From Myxococcota bacterium (GTDB lineage Bacteria; Myxococcota_A; UBA9160; PR03), in assembly GCA_041577695.1 (NCBI GenBank), contig JBFGIM010000003.1, positions 1 through 52,705 on the forward strand: a stretch of 52,705 nucleotides of DNA. Reading direction: 5' to 3'. Below the pieces are notes generated by a model. That model did not search any database. It was not told where the DNA came from and saw only the letters and a program-made list of their open reading frames with translations. Within the stretch, counting starts at the first letter, position 1. Each line of letters starts with the position of its first letter. Of the stretch, positions 19,201-27,680 are shown in pieces. The position numbers and the translations under genes are program-made.

Positions 19201-19632
19201 TCAGCTGGGCGGCGACAGCTTGTAGGTCACCAGCGCCACGGCCACCTCGCGGCCCTCGGCGTCGCACACCGACACCTCGCCGGTGGAGACTTCGCGGCCC
19301 CGGCGACGCACCCGCGCGGTGGCCACCAGCTCGACGCCGCGGGCGCCCGCGACGAAATTGAGCGAGAAGCCGATGGTCGCGCCGCGCGACCCCGGCTTCA
19401 CCTCGGGGCTGGCCCAGAAGGACGCCGTGGCGGCCAGGTCCACCAGCCCGGCGATGACGCCGCCGTGCACCGTGTCGCCGTAGGTGGTGAGGTCGTCCCG
19501 GTAGGGCAGCCGGACCCGGACGCAGTCCTCCTCGGTATCGACCAGCTCGGCACCCAGCAGCGTGCCGTAGGGCGACTGCACGATGCCGCGCTCGATCATG
19601 GCCACCAGCCCTTCGTCGAGCGCTGCACTCAC
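19201..19632 (-). CDS. PaaI family thioesterase
   Basis: TVHGGVIAGLVD motif; GTG 19632. Confidence 0.85.
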   Translation of the reverse strand: MSAALDEGLVAMIERGIVQSPYGTLLGAELVDTEEDCVRVRLPYRDDLTTYGDTVHGGVIAGLVDLAATASFWASPEVKPGSRGATIGFSLNFVAGARGVELVATARVRRRGREVSTGEVSVCDAEGREVAVALVTYKLSPPS

Positions 19633-19706
19633 GACCGCACCGCCCGGGCCGTGGCAGGTTCCTCGAAAGTCTCGAAGCGATTTCCCGGGGTTCGGAGCGC
19701 GTCCAT
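19629..19706 (-). pseudogene. 25-aa ORF, possible 5' remnant of a haloalkane-dehalogenase-type gene or a leader ORF
   Basis: AGGAG RBS, MDALRTPGNRFETFEE..., stop overlaps the PaaI start (GTGA). Confidence 0.35.
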
Positions 19707-19820
19707 GGCTGGGTACTCCTGGCATCGGCGACTGCCGTGCTCCCGGAATATGCCAGCCGCCGGCGCGGCGCAACCCAGACCCGGGCTCCGGCGCCCGACG
19801 GGTGGTGTACTCTCGGGTTC

Positions 19821-20072
19821 GTGAGCCTGGGGACGATCGTCGCACTGCTCGTGATCGGCACGCTGGTGCTGCTCGTGCTCCGCCGCTCGGGAAGCGCACC
19901 GACCCTGCCCGCCACGCCCCAGGACCGGGCAGCCCTCGAGCACCAGCTGAACCAGAGCATCGCGTCCGGCCGCAAGCTCGAGGCCATCAAGGCCTACCGA
20001 CGGCTCCACGGCGTCGGGCTGAAGGAGGCCAAGGAAGCCGTGGAACAGATGAGTGTCGGAGGCCGGCGCTAG
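19821..20072 (+). CDS. TM protein with ribosomal bL12 C-terminal-like domain
   Basis: TM IVALLVIGTLVLLVL; GRKLEAIKAYRRLHGVGLKEAKEAVE. Confidence 0.75.
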   Translation: MSLGTIVALLVIGTLVLLVLRRSGSAPTLPATPQDRAALEHQLNQSIASGRKLEAIKAYRRLHGVGLKEAKEAVEQMSVGGRR

Positions 20073-20174
20073 CACCGGTCATCCCGCCGAGTGCCCCCAC
20101 GTGCCGGAGTGTCGGACAGTGTGCCCCGTCCGGCACGGCTTCAGCCCCGCGGCCGGAAGGCCGATGGAGCGGAG

Positions 20175-20525
20175 ATGAACCCGCGCCCGTCAGAAGAGCT
20201 GGCCGCACTGCTCCGTGAACGGCAGCGGCTGTATCTGGAGTGGGCGCTGTTTCTGGTGTCGACGGCTGCCCTGTTCCGCCTGGCGTCGATGCTCGAACGC
20301 GAGCTGGTCGATGTCGTCGCCGTGTTCGTTTTGGTCGGCCTGGGCTACTCGGTCCTGACGGTGGGCTTCGTGCAGCGCTTCGGCACGGTGATGTCGCACA
20401 CCTGCCCACGTTGCTACGCGACGCTCCACGGTCTCCTGCCGCGGCTCGTGAGCCGCAAGTGCGGCAGCTGCGGACTGACGCCCTACACGCCGACCGTTCC
20501 GCCCTCGGACCAGCACTCCGCCTGA
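20175..20525 (+). CDS. Small 2-TM protein with zinc ribbon
   Basis: GGAG RBS; CPRC..CGSCG. Confidence 0.6.
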   Translation: MNPRPSEELAALLRERQRLYLEWALFLVSTAALFRLASMLERELVDVVAVFVLVGLGYSVLTVGFVQRFGTVMSHTCPRCYATLHGLLPRLVSRKCGSCGLTPYTPTVPPSDQHSA

Positions 20526-20565
20526 ATCCTGGCATCCGTGCCACCTCCCATGCCATGCTCGGTGG

Positions 20566-21258
20566 GTGCCGGATGCGACGCCGATCCTCCGCTTCTATTT
20601 CGACTACATCTCGTCCAACGCCTATCTGGCGTGGACCCAGCTGCCCCGGATCGCCGCGGAGTACGGCGTGGCGGTGGAGCCGGTTCCGGTGCTCTTCGCC
20701 GGACTGCTCGAGGCCCACGGCCAGCTGGGCCCCGCCGAGGTGCCCGCGAAGATCGGCTGGATGATCCGCAACAACCTGCGCAAGGCGGCGCTGCTCGGGA
20801 TCCCCCTGGCGCCCCCCCTGCACCACCCCTTCAACCCGCTGCTCTCGCTGCGGGTTTCGTCGCTGCCCCTGCCGGAGGCGGACCGCAACGCGTTGATCGA
20901 CGGCCTGTTCCGCGCGGTGTGGGCCGACGGCCTGCACGTCAGCGAGCCGGCCGTGGTCGAACGGGTGGCCCGCGCTGCGGGACTCGACGGTGCGGCCCTG
21001 GTGGACGCGGCCGCGAGCCCGGCCTCCAAGGCGCGACTGCGCGAGCAGACCGACGCCGCCATCGCCGAGGGCGTCTTCGGCGTGCCGTCGATGCGGGTCG
21101 GGGGAGAGCTCTTCTGGGGCTACGACGACCTCCCGTATCTCGAGCTCCTCCTTTCCGGTCGCGACCCGCTCGATCCGGAGCAGGCGGGGCGCTGGCAGGG
21201 CCCGTCCCGGCCGTCGGCCCAGCGCCGGCGCTTCCGCAATCCAACGGCGTCCCGCTAG
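20566..21258 (+). CDS. 2-hydroxychromene-2-carboxylate isomerase/kappa-GST (DsbA family)
   Basis: FYFDYISSNAYLA, GVFGVPS, ELFWGYD. Confidence 0.88.
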   Translation: MPDATPILRFYFDYISSNAYLAWTQLPRIAAEYGVAVEPVPVLFAGLLEAHGQLGPAEVPAKIGWMIRNNLRKAALLGIPLAPPLHHPFNPLLSLRVSSLPLPEADRNALIDGLFRAVWADGLHVSEPAVVERVARAAGLDGAALVDAAASPASKARLREQTDAAIAEGVFGVPSMRVGGELFWGYDDLPYLELLLSGRDPLDPEQAGRWQGPSRPSAQRRRFRNPTASR

Positions 21259-21300
21259 CGGTACTGTGGAGCCGCCCGGCGCGGCCGCTATGGTTTGGAG

Positions 21301-21978
21301 ATGGTCGATACCCGTCGTTTCCGACCCCAGCCCGACAAGCGGCTCGCCTTCCTGCAGGGCTTCCTCAAGGACCCGCAGATCGTGGGCTCGGTGATCCCCA
21401 GCTCACGTTTCATGGAGCGGCGGCTGGTGGAGAAGAGCGGCGCGAGGCGCGCCCACCAGATCGTCGAGCTGGGGCCGGGTACCGGCGGCACCACGCGCGC
21501 CCTGCTCCGCGCCATGCCGCACGACGCTGGGCTGCTGGCCATCGAGCTGAGCCCGAAGTTCGCCGAGCTACTGCGCCAGGAGCCGGATCCGCGGCTGGTT
21601 GTCCACCAGGGCAGCGCCGAGCACATCGGCGAGGTGCTGGCCGAGCACGGGTTGCCGAGGCCCGACCTCGTGATCTCGGGGATCCCGTTCTCGACCATGC
21701 CGCGACCGCTGGGGCGAAGCATCCTGCGGGCGGTCTGGTCGTCTCTCGCCCCCGGCGGGCGCTTCGTGGCCTACCAGTTCCGCGACCGGGTCGCGGTACT
21801 GGGTCGCGAGCTGTTCGGGAAGCCCAGCGCCTCCTTCGAGCTGCTCAACGTCCCCCCGATGAGGGTCTACTGCTGGCGCAAGCCGACCGGGGATTCCGCC
21901 CCGCACCGCCCCGCCCCCCCCTCCGGGAGGGGAATCTCGCGCTCACGGCGCCGTGGCGGGGCCTCCCCCGTCTGCTAG
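21301..21978 (+). CDS. Phospholipid N-methyltransferase-like SAM methyltransferase
   Basis: VGSVIPSS, VELGPGTG, ISGIPF, NVPP. Confidence 0.8.
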   Translation: MVDTRRFRPQPDKRLAFLQGFLKDPQIVGSVIPSSRFMERRLVEKSGARRAHQIVELGPGTGGTTRALLRAMPHDAGLLAIELSPKFAELLRQEPDPRLVVHQGSAEHIGEVLAEHGLPRPDLVISGIPFSTMPRPLGRSILRAVWSSLAPGGRFVAYQFRDRVAVLGRELFGKPSASFELLNVPPMRVYCWRKPTGDSAPHRPAPPSGRGISRSRRRGGASPVC

Positions 21979-22187
21979 GCTGCGCCGCGAGAGGCCTTCC
22001 GATCGGCTCAGGCCCGACTTTCCCGTCGACGCTTCCAATCGAGTTCGCCTTTCCCGCCCGGTTCGATGCCGGACGGTGTCCACTGCCTCGAAGCAGCCGT
22101 ACCCGGACAGTCCGGGTCGGAAGCCGCGGGGCCAGCCGTATCTGCGAGGCCCACGAGGCGAAGCGGGTTCGGCGAGGTAGTTTGGTT

Positions 22188-22484
22188 TTGGGTAAGAAGC
22201 TTTACGTCGGCAACCTCTCCTTCAGCACCACCGAGGACGACCTTCGCGCCGTCTGCGAGAGTCACGGCAGCGTGAGTTCCGTTGCGGTGGTCACCGATCG
22301 CGAAACCGGCCGCTCGCGCGGCTTCGGCTTCGTCGAGTTCGATGACGCCGCCGCTGCAGACGCAGCGATGCGCGCCCTCGATGGCAGCGAGCTCGGGGGT
22401 CGCAACCTCCGTGTCAACGAAGCCCAGGAGCGCCGCCCTGGCGGGGGCGGCGGCGGAGGCGGAGGCGGAGGCCGACGCTACTAA
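22188..22484 (+). CDS. RRM RNA-binding protein with Gly-rich tail
   Basis: TTG start; RNP2 LYVGNL, RNP1 RGFGFVEF; poly-Gly tail. Confidence 0.93.
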   Translation: MGKKLYVGNLSFSTTEDDLRAVCESHGSVSSVAVVTDRETGRSRGFGFVEFDDAAAADAAMRALDGSELGGRNLRVNEAQERRPGGGGGGGGGGGRRY

Positions 22485-22491
22485 CGTCTGA

Positions 22492-22530
22492 CGGGACGGG
22501 AGGTCCGCCTCCCGTCCCGGTTCTCTCCTT
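22492..22530 (+). terminator. Stem-loop, probable intrinsic terminator or stabilising hairpin
   Basis: CGGGACGGGAGG-TCCG-CCTCCCGTCCCG 12-bp stem followed by a pyrimidine tract. Confidence 0.65.
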
Positions 22531-22562
22531 CCTCGCCGGGCCCAATTCGGGCGGGAGGCAAC

Positions 22563-22754
22563 TTGGCTCGTGCAAGCAAGATGTCGGTACTAAAGAGACA
22601 ACGCGAACGGCAGAAGGCCGAGAAGGCCGCCCGGAAGCGCGAGGAGCGGTCGCGCGAGACGCCCGAAGAGCCCCGCGAATCCGGCGCCGAGCCCACCCGC
22701 GACGAGCTCGAGGGCTACGGGATCGTCTTCGACCGCTCAGCCGAGGACGACTGA
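22563..22754 (+). CDS. Small charged hypothetical protein
   Basis: GGGAGG RBS, TTG start; basic KRQRERQKAEKAARKR N-half and acidic C-half. Confidence 0.7.
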   Translation: MARASKMSVLKRQRERQKAEKAARKREERSRETPEEPRESGAEPTRDELEGYGIVFDRSAEDD

Positions 22755-22873
22755 GCGAGGATCGTGCCTCCGCCACGCATCCGCGTCCGGCGAGGCCCAG
22801 CGACGACCGCCGACCCCGGCGAACCCCCACACTCAGGCCTGCATCCCCGGCGACCCGCCGGCATCCAAGACCC

Positions 22874-23119
22874 ATGCACCCGATCCGGCCGCCCCGCGTG
22901 AACCCCGTAGGCGTTGCCGAGATCCCGACCGGTTACGCCCAGCAGCCGCGGCGCTACCCACCAGGGATCCGCGCGTTGGCGGGAATGCTGCTGACCAGCT
23001 TCGTGGCAGTGGTCCTGGTGACGACGGCGGTGAGCCTGGGCGCCTATTGTCTCACCTCGGACACGGCGGACACCCGCTCGCTGCCCGCCGCGTACCTGGA
23101 TCCCGGCGGCGGGCGCTAG
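22874..23119 (+). CDS. Small single-TM hypothetical protein
   Basis: Hydrophobic GMLLTSFVAVVLVTTAVSLGAY; fills the gap before the next gene. Confidence 0.5.
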   Translation: MHPIRPPRVNPVGVAEIPTGYAQQPRRYPPGIRALAGMLLTSFVAVVLVTTAVSLGAYCLTSDTADTRSLPAAYLDPGGGR

Positions 23120-23140
23120 CCGATCCCGGAGGAGAAGAGC

Positions 23141-24589
23141 ATGGAGACCGTGGCGGTGGACGTCGCAGTGATCGGCTCGGGAACCGCCGGCCTGAACGCG
23201 CGGAAGCAGGTCGAGAAGAGCGGTGGCACGGCGGTGCTGATCGAATCGGGGCCCTACGGAACGATGTGCGCCCGGGTCGGCTGCATGCCGTCCAAGCTGT
23301 TGATCGCCGCTGCCGATGCGGCCCACGAGGTGGCCGGCGCCGGGCGCTTCGGCATCCGCGTGCCCGCGGGCGTGCAGGTGGATGGGCGCGCGGTCTTCGA
23401 CCGCGTTCGCCGCGAGCGCGATCGCTTCGTCGGCTTCGTGGTGCGCGACACCGAGGCCATTCCCGAAGCCCAACGCCTGCGCGGTCGCGCCCGCTTCGTC
23501 GGTCCCACCACACTGGTCGTCGAGAGCGCCGACGCTGCGCCGACGCGGGTCGAGGCCCGCGCCGTCGTCGTTGCCACCGGCAGCACGCCCCAGGTGCCAC
23601 CGCCCTTCGACTCCGTCCGCGATCACGTGCTCGTGAACGACGATGTCTTCGAGCTGGAGGAGGTCCCCGAGAGCCTCGCCGTGATCGGCACCGGCATCAT
23701 CGGTTTCGAGCTGGGCCAGGCACTGGCGCGGTTGGGGTCGCGGGTCGCCCTCTTCAATCGGACCCGCTCCTTGGGCCCGTTCAGCGACCCGGAGCTGCAG
23801 CGGGTGGCGCGCGAGATCCTGGCCGAAGAGCTGCCGCTGCACCTGGAGGCGGCGGTGCTGGAAGTCCGCGCCGGGGACGGCGGCGTCACCCTGCGCTGGC
23901 GCTCGGCCGATGGAGACGAGCACGAGGATCGCTTCGCGAAGGTTCTGGTGGCGGCGGGGCGGCGGCCGAACCTGGAATCCCTCGACCTCGCCCGGACCGG
24001 ATTGCCGCTGGACGAACACGGACGCCCACCCTGGGATCCCACCACCACCCAGTGCGGAGCTGCGCCGATCTTCCTGGCGGGCGACGTCAGCGGCCACCGC
24101 CCGATCCTGCACGAGGCGTCGGACGAGGGCCGCATCGCGGGCGGAAACGCCGCCACCTACCCGCAGGTCGTGGCCCACCAGCGCCGCGAGCGCCTGGCGA
24201 TCGCCTTCACGGACCCACAGATGGCGATCGTGGGCACGCCGTACCGCGAGCTCGATCTCGACGCGATCGAGATCGGCGAGATCTCCTACGCGGACCAGGG
24301 TCGAGCGCGGGTGGCCGGTCGCAACCAGGGCCTGGTGCGGCTCTACGCCCGCCGCGACGACTGCCGGCTGGTGGGCGCCGAGATGTTCGGCCCGCGCGTC
24401 GAACACATGGCCCACCTGCTGGCGTGGGCGGTCGCGCAGCAGATGACGGTGCAGCACGTGCTTCGCATGCCGTTCTACCATCCGGTCTTCGAAGAAGGCT
24501 TGAGGACCGGCGTGCGCGACCTGGCCGAAAAGCTGCGGGTGACCGGCGACTGCCGCTGCGAGGACCTGAGCGAGGCGCCGGGCGCCTAG
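23141..24589 (+). CDS. Dihydrolipoyl dehydrogenase-like pyridine nucleotide-disulfide oxidoreductase
   Basis: GSGTAG, CARVGCMPSK, GTGIIG, AGD, YHPVFEE. Confidence 0.88.
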   Translation: METVAVDVAVIGSGTAGLNARKQVEKSGGTAVLIESGPYGTMCARVGCMPSKLLIAAADAAHEVAGAGRFGIRVPAGVQVDGRAVFDRVRRERDRFVGFVVRDTEAIPEAQRLRGRARFVGPTTLVVESADAAPTRVEARAVVVATGSTPQVPPPFDSVRDHVLVNDDVFELEEVPESLAVIGTGIIGFELGQALARLGSRVALFNRTRSLGPFSDPELQRVAREILAEELPLHLEAAVLEVRAGDGGVTLRWRSADGDEHEDRFAKVLVAAGRRPNLESLDLARTGLPLDEHGRPPWDPTTTQCGAAPIFLAGDVSGHRPILHEASDEGRIAGGNAATYPQVVAHQRRERLAIAFTDPQMAIVGTPYRELDLDAIEIGEISYADQGRARVAGRNQGLVRLYARRDDCRLVGAEMFGPRVEHMAHLLAWAVAQQMTVQHVLRMPFYHPVFEEGLRTGVRDLAEKLRVTGDCRCEDLSEAPGA

Positions 24590-24640
24590 CAAGCCGGGGC
24601 CAGCTGGAGCCGTGCTAGGGTCTGCGCGGGGGGTCGTTCC

Positions 24641-25012
24641 ATGACCCAGATCGTCGCCTTGTCCGGGCTCGCCGTTGCGGCCCTCGGGGCCGTGGGCGCG
24701 ATCCGTCCCGCCACGCTGCTCGACTGGGCGCGGCACTTCTGGCAGACGCCTCGCGGGTTGGCCGGTGTGGCCGCGCTTCGCCTGGGCCTGGGCGCGGTGC
24801 TCTGGGTCGCGGCGCCTCGATGCCGACAACCGGACGTCGTGCAGGTACTGGCAGTGCTCTCGATGGTGTCGGGAGCCTCGGTGCCGCTGATCGGCTTGCG
24901 CCGCGCGGCCGCCTTCGGCGAGTGGTGGGCGAGCCAGGGCCCGGGCTTCGTGCGCGGCTGGTCGCTCTTTGCAATCGCGTTCGGGGTCTACCTGGTCTGG
25001 GTGAGTACCTGA
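24641..25012 (+). CDS. Small multi-TM hypothetical protein
   Basis: About four hydrophobic segments; lies in the operon. Confidence 0.7.
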   Translation: MTQIVALSGLAVAALGAVGAIRPATLLDWARHFWQTPRGLAGVAALRLGLGAVLWVAAPRCRQPDVVQVLAVLSMVSGASVPLIGLRRAAAFGEWWASQGPGFVRGWSLFAIAFGVYLVWVST

Positions 25013-25018
25013 GCCGCG

Positions 25019-26200
25019 ATGACCCACTACGCCGTGTGGGGATCCGGACTCTCGCCCTTCGCGCTGAAGCTGCGCGCCCTGCTCGACTACGCCGAGATCC
25101 GCTATCGCTGGCTTCCCGAAGAGGGCGCCCGAATCGAGAACCTCCTTACGCTGTGGCGCCTGCGACGGGCCGTGAAGCGACGGGCGGTGCAGCGCCACCC
25201 GACGACATCGCCCCTCGACGAGTACCCGCTGGTGCCGTTCCTCGTCGAGGACGGCCGCCGCTTCCACTACGACTCGTCGGCCCTGGCCCGCTGGCTCGAC
25301 GCGCACCCCGAACGCCACGCGATGGCGCTCTTTCCCGAGGCGCCGGGCCAGGCCTTCGTGGCCCAGCTGCTGGACGAGGCCTTCGACGAGTTCGGCCTCT
25401 ACCTGGTGCACCACCGGCGCTGGGTCGAGTCGGCCGCCACCAACGATGCGGGCACCCGTCTGGTCGATGAGATGCGGACCCTGGTGCCGGAGCCGCTGCG
25501 GCCGATCCTGGCGCGCCGCTTCGCGCGGCGACAGGTGAGACGCCTGCCCTATCTGTTCAGCGTGGCGCCGGCCGGATTCGACGCCGGCGTGGAGCGCGCG
25601 CTCACGCCGCCCTCGCGGGCCGGCTTTCCGCCCACCCACGCCATCCTGGACGAGGCGTGGGAGGCGACGCTCACCGGCATGGAGGCGGTGCTCACCCGTC
25701 AGCCCTTCCTGCTGGGCGAACGCTTCACGGTGGCGGACGCCAGCGCCTACGGACAGCTCGGGATGAACCTGGCCGACCCGACTACCGCCGACCACATGCG
25801 TGAGCGCGCCCCCGCGACCACCGCCTGGCTCGAGGGCATCCGCGAGCGACGCCACGTGGGCTCGCGCGGCGGCACCTCGCTCTCGGCGGCGCTGCGCCCG
25901 CTGCTGGTGGTCGTGATGCGGACCTTCGTGCCGCTGATGCAACAGAACGAGGCCGCCTACGAGCGGGCGCGCGCCCGCGGCACACACTTCAACGAGGCGG
26001 CCTTCGACCGGGGCGAGGCCCTTTACGACGGCACGCTGCTGGGCCATCCGTTCCGCTCGGTCGCCAAGAGCTTCCAGGTGCGCGTGTGGCGCGACCTGCG
26101 CCAGGCCTGGCGCGCGCTGCCCGAGGCCGACCGCAAGCACCTGGCGGGGGCACTGCCCGGGTGCGAGCTCTTCGAGGCGCCCGGGGTCGCCGACCCGTGA
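25019..26200 (+). CDS. Glutathione S-transferase family protein
   Basis: LSPFALKLR, LVPFL..YDSSALA, PFLLGERFTVAD. Confidence 0.8.
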   Translation: MTHYAVWGSGLSPFALKLRALLDYAEIRYRWLPEEGARIENLLTLWRLRRAVKRRAVQRHPTTSPLDEYPLVPFLVEDGRRFHYDSSALARWLDAHPERHAMALFPEAPGQAFVAQLLDEAFDEFGLYLVHHRRWVESAATNDAGTRLVDEMRTLVPEPLRPILARRFARRQVRRLPYLFSVAPAGFDAGVERALTPPSRAGFPPTHAILDEAWEATLTGMEAVLTRQPFLLGERFTVADASAYGQLGMNLADPTTADHMRERAPATTAWLEGIRERRHVGSRGGTSLSAALRPLLVVVMRTFVPLMQQNEAAYERARARGTHFNEAAFDRGEALYDGTLLGHPFRSVAKSFQVRVWRDLRQAWRALPEADRKHLAGALPGCELFEAPGVADP

Positions 26201-26233
26201 TATCCTGCACCTCCACGCGCCCGGAGGTCCACC

Positions 26234-26725
26234 GTGTCCGAGTTCCAGCCGCCGAGCGCCGACGAGGGTGACCACGCCAACGTCCTGGTGTTGCCGCCCA
26301 TCCTGTACCTGGGATCGGTGCTGGCCGGCGTCGCGGCGAAGTGGGCCGTCGGCGGCTCGCTGGCCCCGGACAGCTCGCTGCGCTGGGTGGCCGGTGTGCT
26401 GCTGCTCGCCTTCTCGTTGGCGGTGTCGGTGCGTTTCGCGCGCATGTTCTCCGAGAGCGGCCAGGACCGGAACCCGAACACACCCACCCCGAGCCTGGTC
26501 ACCCACGGCCTCTACAGCTTCTCGCGCAACCCGGCCTATCTGGCGCTCACCGGCATCCAGCTGTCGCTGGCACTGCTGCTGGACAACGTCTGGATCCTGG
26601 TGCTGCTGGTGCCGACCCTGCTGGTGATGCATTTCGGCGTGATCCAGCGCGAAGAGAGCTATCTGGAGCGCAAGTTCGGCGACGATTATCGCCGCTACAA
26701 GCACACCGTGCGGCGCTGGCTCTAG
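26234..26725 (+). CDS. Isoprenylcysteine carboxylmethyltransferase/PEMT family membrane protein
   Basis: LVTHGLYSFSRNPAY, EESYLERKFGDDY..VRRW. Confidence 0.9.
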   Translation: MSEFQPPSADEGDHANVLVLPPILYLGSVLAGVAAKWAVGGSLAPDSSLRWVAGVLLLAFSLAVSVRFARMFSESGQDRNPNTPTPSLVTHGLYSFSRNPAYLALTGIQLSLALLLDNVWILVLLVPTLLVMHFGVIQREESYLERKFGDDYRRYKHTVRRWL

Positions 26726-26786
26726 CCTCTCGACGAGCCGGGGCCCGCCGTGAGAGGATCGGGGCCAGCGTCCCAGGAGGATCGCC

Positions 26787-27650
26787 ATGAACGCCACAAT
26801 CCCGACCGACGCCGCCGTCGTCGTCACGGGCACGTCGACCGGAATCGGCCGCGCCACCGCCCTGCTGCTCGACCGGCTCGGCTACCGCGTCTTTGCCGGC
26901 GTGCGGCGCGGCGAGGACGCCGACAGCCTGAGCGCCGAGGCCTCCTCGCAGCTGGTACCGCTCCTGCTCGACGTCACCGACGCCTCCGCGGTCGAGTGTG
27001 CCGCCAAGGACGTGGATGCGGCGGTGGGCGAGCGGGGCATCGCCGGCCTGGTGAACAACGCGGGGATCGGCTTCGGCGGCCCGGTGGAGTTCGTGGACCT
27101 GGATGCGATGCGCCACGGCTACGAGGTGAACGTGTTCGGTCCGCTGGCGATGATTCGCGCCTTCATGCCGCTGGTGCGCCGCGCGCGCGGTCGTGTGATC
27201 AACGTCAGCTCGGGTGCGGGCAAGGTGGTCACGCCGCTGCTCGGCCCCTACTGCTCTTCCAAGTTCGCGCTGGAGGCGATCTCCGATGCGCTGCGCATGG
27301 AAGTGCGCGGCTCGGGCATCGCGGTGAGCGTGATCGAGCCCGGCTTCATCGACACTCCGATGCAGAGCAAGGGGCAGAGCGATGCGGAGCGCATGCGCGG
27401 CGAGCTGCCGGAAGAGGGCCGCAAGCTCTACGGCCACGCCATCGACAAGCTTCGCGAGAACATCTCCCGCTTCGGCAAGCGAGCGGCGCCGCCCGAAGCC
27501 GTCGCCTCGGCCATCCACCGCGCGCTCACCGCCGAGCGGCCCAAGACGCGCTACACCGTCGGCAGCGACGCCAAGCTGCTCACGGGCTTCCAGCGCCTGA
27601 TGCCCGATCGCGCCAAGGACGCCCTCTTCGGCTACCTGCACGACCTCTGA
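26787..27650 (+). CDS. Short-chain dehydrogenase/reductase
   Basis: TGTSTGIG, NNAG, YCSSK. Confidence 0.93.
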   Translation: MNATIPTDAAVVVTGTSTGIGRATALLLDRLGYRVFAGVRRGEDADSLSAEASSQLVPLLLDVTDASAVECAAKDVDAAVGERGIAGLVNNAGIGFGGPVEFVDLDAMRHGYEVNVFGPLAMIRAFMPLVRRARGRVINVSSGAGKVVTPLLGPYCSSKFALEAISDALRMEVRGSGIAVSVIEPGFIDTPMQSKGQSDAERMRGELPEEGRKLYGHAIDKLRENISRFGKRAAPPEAVASAIHRALTAERPKTRYTVGSDAKLLTGFQRLMPDRAKDALFGYLHDL

Positions 27651-27680
27651 TCCCCCCGGACCGAACGCACGGAGACCCAG

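Noticed and set aside
22440-22472. GGCGGA/GGCGGC tandem repeat (also GGTGGC repeats near 1470-1490)
   Set aside because: Encodes the poly-Gly RRM tail and an Ala-Thr linker respectively; not a CRISPR or independent repeat.
22715-26857. Very long antisense ORFs (this 1380-aa frame; also 34950-38825, 39099-42221, 47777-50566, 13480-15975)
   Set aside because: They shadow well-supported genes on the other strand, lack recognisable motifs, and are expected in high-GC DNA.
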